From assembly GCA_020891255.1 (NCBI GenBank), contig BQFW01000002.1, positions 1,984,001-2,048,000 of the forward strand: a DNA stretch of 64,000 bases. The letters are read 5' to 3'. This stretch comes from Entomortierella parvispora E1425 (taxonomy: Eukaryota; Fungi; Mortierellomycota). The notes beneath the pieces were generated by a model. It searched no databases, had not been told where the DNA came from, and saw nothing but the letters and a program-made list of their open reading frames with translations. Positions within the stretch are counted from its first letter, which is position 1; each line of letters opens with the position of its first letter. The translations under genes and the position numbers were made by a program. Shown in pieces: positions 58,301 through 64,000 of the stretch.

Positions 58301-61259
58301 TGAGCCATCCCTGATCGACAGCTGTTAAGGTACTTACGAGTCTCGGGTCTTTTGAATTTGATGGCCATATTCGATTAAGGCCATGGGACCTCCGGCCTTG
58401 ATAAACTCGCCTGTCCAGCGAATAGAACCATTGCGGATCAAAACTCTCAGTTTTTTCAGAACCTGTTCTCGCTCATCCAGCGATCGTTTCTCCAGCTCAA
58501 TTGCCTCATTGCTATTTCTATTGATCAGCGAAGCTAGATGCTGTTGAAATGTGGGCAGTAACTGCGACTGTTGATGCTGAACCGATGAGTCGATCTGTCC
58601 AATATTGGTGGTGCTCAGATTCTTCCACAAGCCCAGAGGCTTAGTGGCGCCTCCAATTTTGGTATTCCCTGGTCCTGTCGCGACGAGAGACGGCTGAGAT
58701 CCAATCTGAAGATTCATAAGCCGTCGTTGATTTGGACTGGTGCGCTCCCGTTTGCCCGCAAACTCCAAAAGCGTGTCAACAAAATAATGAGGGGGCATAG
58801 TTTGAGTCATCTGAGAGAGATGTTGACTTGCATCGTTCGATTGCAACATCACCAACTTGCGTTCCTTGGGCATTGATTCCAGCTCTGCTCGGGCTGATGG
58901 TGGGAGAGCAAGCGTATCCTATTCCATTAAAACAAGTAACATGTTAGACAAGGCGCACAGACAATGATGTCAAAGTCAACGACATCAAATCCATTCATTC
59001 TCAAGCGCGTACCAGCAGCTCCTCAAAGGCAACGTCAACCGCATCCCTCCCGTGCAGCACAATTCGTCCAGCTGGAACAGCCACTCCAGTGACATTCCCA
59101 GCCCGCTTTCTCATGGGCTTTGGCGGCTCAGAAAGAACCACAGCGTTGGCCGTATTATACAAAACGTTGGTTGCATCCATCGCCTGCGACTCTGCAATCG
59201 TGCTCCGCATCTGCTGCTGTTGATCTTGGACCTCCACGTATTCGTCATCGGTACCTCCAGATCCAAATGCCAAACTCTCGTGAATCTGTTTTAGCAACAT
59301 TGGGTTCCGGAAACCATCGCCCCGCTGTCGTTCCTGATCCTCTCGACTCTGACCCGGAGGTAGGTCTGGCATGGAATGACGCCGACTCTTTCCACCGTCC
59401 ATACTCGACTCCTGACTATGTCGCCCCACGGATGAAGTCAGAGGTGTGGCGCTATCTCGGCGCTTCTGTCTCATCTCTTCTAGCCCCCTTTGCCATTCGA
59501 TCGGATTAGGGAGTCGAGGACGATTTGGTCCTGAAGCAAGAGCCAAAATTTGATCCAATCGAATAGATTCCTCCACGGTATTGGCAGCGACAGAAGGCCC
59601 TCCTAAAGCAAGAGGAGAAGTAGCCGCAACGTGAACATGAGCGGGTAGCAGTTCTCTTGGTATATCTCGGACGGGTAAGACGTTGACGCCCTCTGTCTGA
59701 TTCTTGATAGGGACTGGCAAAATTAGGTTGGCCAGCCGCTCTTGCTCCTGTGATCGACGTCGTTGCTGTCGTTGGATCTTTTCTAGTGCACTCAGAGGTG
59801 CTGAAGGAGCCGAAGCACCAAAGGGGTGGACCGCATCAGCAAAGGTCACAGCCGTTAGGGTCTGTGCAGCAGATTCCGGGAAGGGTCCCGAAGAGGAATC
59901 TTCATAAAAGTCAAAGAGCTCCTCCATTTGCAGGCTCCTGTCACTTAAGCTGGCGTCGCTCTCCTGCAAGCTACTGATGCTGTGGTGAGAGAGATCCTGG
60001 CTCATGGTACTGCTGGTCATCTGCTGTTGCTTTTGCGGATGATCCTGCTGTGGTGGTTGATGTTTGGGATGTCGAGAGGTTGGATTTGGTGGCAACATGG
60101 CCACAACCGAGTCTGCGCGTGCGTCTGTGCCCCGTTTGCCCGCGGACTTTCCCACACCTACGATGATGCCAGCAACACCCCCTTGACCATCCTGTGCCCC
60201 CTGTGTGCTCAGTCCAGGGCCCTGTGTTTGCTTACTCTCGACAACCTTCACATCCCCCTTGTAACTCCTTGCGCTTTTGTTTTGCCTGTCGTCAACATTT
60301 CGAACACCAACACTGTCATGCATGTCCGTGTGACCCACCGCTGCAGGTCGAAAGCTGTCGGATCCAAATTTTGAGTCGATCCGCGTGGCACCAGAAGGGG
60401 CCATATGTGGGTCGTCCCTCGTTGTTGTCGTCATTGCTGTTGGTTCTATCCTAGACGAGGACTCTATTGTTGTTGTCCTGGCGGTCGGATTCATCCCAGG
60501 GAGTTGTCCTGGAGAATGAAGGACCTTGTAATCCTCTTCAGTACAAACTCCATTCTGGCGGACCATGATCCCCCTCCAAAACGTTTCTTTGCTTGGAGTA
60601 GGTGGTGCCGGCAACGACCTGTCGGTCCCAAGCGGCTGTTGCTGCTGCTGCTCTGATTGCTGGAGTTTTGTGGGACCAACAAAGGAAGTGGGGGAGAGAG
60701 GGGCATGATTTGCGTTTCGGGAAAGCATGTTGAACAGGTCGATTTTGGCCAATAGCTTGCCCTTGCCCTTCTCTCTTGGCTCTCCTCCCGATGCTTTGTT
60801 ACGATGGCGTGGCGGTGGTGGCATAATTGTGCTATTCACACCGCTGCTATTACTGTTGCTAATGGTGCTGTTACTATGGCTGTGACCACCGCCTGAGCCA
60901 GGGGTTGGAGTCGAGTCGTCCAGAAAGATGGCCGAGCCTCGTTTCTTTTTAATATCGGGAGACGTTGCACCCAGGCGTGAGAAGAGAGGAGTGGGAGAGC
61001 TGGGATGGGAGGAAGGGTCTTTTGGGGTGGAAGCGGTGGACAGCCTTCTAGCAGCCTTGACAATATGGTCGCCAAGATTGGAGAGATGGGAGCGAGTCTT
61101 GACAGGAGGTGGAGGAGGATGGCGGTGGTAGTGTTTGTTAGAGGACGGAGAAGGTGGAGGCAGCGTCGAGGATAGGTGGTGCGTGGGAGAAAGAGGAGAG
61201 AATGGTCGAGGGTTACTGTTGTCTTGGTGTAGAAACGAGGACAGTTCTGGATCAGTCAT
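55302..61259 (-). CDS. Large protein with a formin-type GBD/FH3 armadillo region between disordered termini and no FH2 domain
   Basis: Exons correspond to ORFs 59001..61259, 58334..58873, ~58260-57370, a short exon near 57300-57200 and ~57120-55302. LKKLRVLIRNGSIRWTGEFIKAGGPMALIEY..VIQCIKAVV resembles Drf_GBD. The C-terminal ~590 aa is low-complexity; AATAAA follows the stop. Confidence 0.7.
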
Positions 61260-61601
61260 GGTTGAGATGTAGATGTGCGTCGATCTATCCGTGCTGCCTG
61301 CCTGCCTGTGTGTCCGTGTGTCCGTGTGTCCGTATGTCCGTATGTCTGTCTGCAGTGAAAGGTGAAAAATAGATGGATGAGAATAGCGAAGATGCTGTCC
61401 TAGCGAGACTAGCGAAAGATCGATGGAGGGAGCTGAAGGGAGAAGCAGACGAGCGATTGAGTGTGGGAGAGAAGATGGGAAGATAAAGAGACAAAGAGAG
61501 AGAAGGGTTGTGTGTGTGTGGAGAAAGAAAACTGTGGATGCAGGGAATAGAAGAGGAGAGAGAAAAGGAAGGGGGAAGAAGAATCCGCCTTGCAGGGCAG
61601 T

Positions 61602-61641
61602 CAGGGCAGGGCAGGGCAGGGCAGGGCAGGGCAGGGCAGGG
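61602..61641 (+). repeat. (CAGGG)8 microsatellite
   Basis: Perfect pentanucleotide run. Confidence 0.95.
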
Positions 61642-64000
61642 CTGCATGTGCCTGATTTTATATCCTTTTCTTTTCTTTTGGTCATCATCCCCCTGCTCTT
61701 CTTGCTCATCACTCACCACCCTCGGGTATACGGCGGCAGTGGCGATCCACCAGATGAAGCACCCCATCTCCCACATCATCGCCATCATCAGCGATATTTA
61801 TAACAAGTGAAAGGTATCGAGGGGAATGGGTTGGGCGGAGAGGAATGGAGACGGGCCACAGCAAACAAGGTCGTTATCATTGTCGGATGATTTCAAAGGT
61901 CATTCATGGTCATGGATGTGTGTGTGTGATCAACAAGGCCAACGTTCGTGAGCACCATTGGAGAGTCGGTCAGAAATATTCTCGGAGAGACCCCAGCAGT
62001 GACAATAGTAGGCAAGGGTAACACCCACCAAGCAGCTGGCGTCGTGATATAATGCAAAAGCAAGACCAAGCCAAGCTTGATCCCACTCGCCCTGGTGATC
62101 TAATTGACTGTGCTCCACGATCTCTACCGGCATAACAGTACCTTTGAGTAATTAAGGATAGGTACGATGATGGTGATTAGATTATTATTTGATGAGTAGT
62201 GGGTGGACAGGGCAAGACATGACGGTGCAACGGAAATGAGAGGTGAGAAGAAGAAAGCAGAGAAGACATGCAAGGACAAGATATACTGCAATGAGGAACA
62301 AAATGACCCGCTGGCAGGGCCATTCAGGGCCAAGGTCGTACATCCACTCAAACACAAGCAGACGCTCCACAGATTCACACACAGACAGCAACAGACTGCC
62401 GCATCCATGGTATCTCCCCTGCTCGATCGCCATTGACGTACCTGTGTTTTGCTCCATCGCTTCCAAAGAGACAAAAGGCAGCCCATCACCGTCTAGCGCA
62501 TCCTCATGATTGCGTTTTCTCCTTCTGGTTGCCCTTTTTACCCCTAAAAATCAAAGGTCATCTGTCCTTTGTGCACAAGTTGGGGCTCAACAACACACAC
62601 ACAAAAAAAAAAGCGCGCGTGCAATCCGCGTCCATTGTGCACGAGGAGAGACGGCACAGAGACAGAGACACCGAGTGCCGTTAACCTTCCCTTCTCCTGT
62701 CCCATTCTCTTTAGACAAGGGGGTATGGTCACTGCTCTCCCCTGATCCCTCTGTATTCTATCGTTAGCCCCAACTTTTCTCATTCACAAACTGGAACAAA
62801 CAACAAATAGATGCTGCCTTGACGATTGAACATACTCGCCTTAAGACGCGTCCTGAGAAAAAACTCAATTATGTAATGGTAACTACGAGGGTAAAGACAA
62901 AGCGGTGGTCCATGGTTCAACCGCATAGATTTGACCCTAGCAGCAGCTGTGTTAGACAAAATCGGTGTGCACCTGGAAGTTGTTGTGTTTGTAATGTCAT
63001 CTCCAAGAGTTGGTCAGCTTATTCTTGAATCTAACAAAAAAAAATCGAGCGAACGCGCGTCGAACGCGCCGCCTGCAGCCCCGTCACTAAAAGACGGGGC
63101 AGGGCAAGGGGAGGAGCCATGCAGGCAACCACGATCCGGGGTCCGTTGTTACCACCAAACTGGCTTGGGCTGTTGATTGTGAGCCCTGACGCGTAAACAA
63201 TGGAGCTCCATAGACAGCGAGAGTTGCTCCTTGGCTCTGTCCCCGCAGTCCCACGTTTGATCGCCATCGCGGGCTCTTCGCTTTGTCACCCAATGCAACC
63301 ATGTGGCCGTCGTGATCCAGATGAACGGCAGATGTACAGCAGCGAGGAGAGGGATGTGGGTGTGTTGCACCTGCAGAGGTGCATATCCTGGAGACATGCG
63401 GTGGAAAGAGGTTCGGCGCCCATCAACAACGTTGGCAGGTAGCGCATTGCTGGTTATTTTTACCTTTTGCTCTGGCTGTAAAAGTGATTCCCTGGTTCAG
63501 CAATGGTGACACAACAACAGGGTTGAGGCTATCGATTGAGCGTGCTCTTGCTTTCTCTCATTCAATCCGCGCGGGTACCAGCAGGTGGGATGTTACCGTA
63601 TGCTCGAGGGGAGCCTGGCAACATCCCATATGCTTGAGGGGAGCCTTGCCGGGGTCAGGTCCCGCCGTGTGCCCGGCAAGCAAAAGGGCGAGATGGAAGA
63701 ACAAGGTGCAGGCATGGTAGCCTTGGGCAGGATGGGAAGCACGCAAGCTGGAAACAGACAAAGCAATTGCGCCCGTCGAAGGGGAGGATAGACGGGCAGA
63801 GACAAGAGGGCGCTGGATAGGGACGATGATGCAGCGGAAAGGTCTTTTCTTCCTTGTTGTTTGTCTCCCTTCCTTTGCTTCCATTGCGCCCTGTTCCTTC
63901 GTTCTCTCCATCGTTGACCGCCATCCTCCTCGTCTCCTCTTCATTGTTCTACTGGCATCGTTGCATCCACCTCCGACTCCATGCGCCTCATCCCCGCCTG

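Noticed and set aside
61260-61712. N-terminal extension of the 903-aa ORF
   Set aside because: It translates microsatellites ((CAGGG)n, TGTCCG repeats) and CT-rich leader sequence; probably 5' UTR.
61800-64000. Short ORFs and a 21-bp direct repeat near 63600-63650
   Set aside because: No coherent gene model; consistent with upstream regulatory or UTR sequence.

Overview
Intron-rich fungal nuclear DNA, most likely Mortierellaceae (inferred from gene families, compact GT-AG introns and poly-A/T tracts). About 19 protein-coding genes: a lineage-type LRR/RNI-like protein (cut by the left edge), a beta-propeller membrane protein, GGPP synthase, UNG1, a small PY-motif membrane protein, MIX23, a PZP+PHD chromatin reader, an ADAM protease, a GT32 glycosyltransferase, a Zn2Cys6/C2H2 transcription factor, an NADP alcohol dehydrogenase, TDP1, an FGGY kinase, FAR11/STRIP, an S41 peptidase, SYS1, a stand-alone shikimate dehydrogenase, MME1 and a GBD/FH3 protein lacking FH2. 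There are three tRNA genes (Thr-AGT, iMet-CAT, Val-AAC) in two gene-free islands that also hold non-autonomous mobile DNA: a Helitron-like element, a Tc1/mariner MITE, a fold-back element and a minisatellite. Main leads: (1) a YY1-REPO/2W-hairpin-like motif inside the Zn2Cys6+C2H2 factor; (2) an ATCACGTGA(T) E-box at about -58 to -77 upstream of all three tRNA genes; (3) a Helitron-type element and related repeat sitting just 3' of tRNA genes; (4) an FH2-less formin-like protein; (5) UIM and PPxY motifs in membrane-protein tails. Exon boundaries were read by eye and family assignments come from remembered motifs, not database searches.
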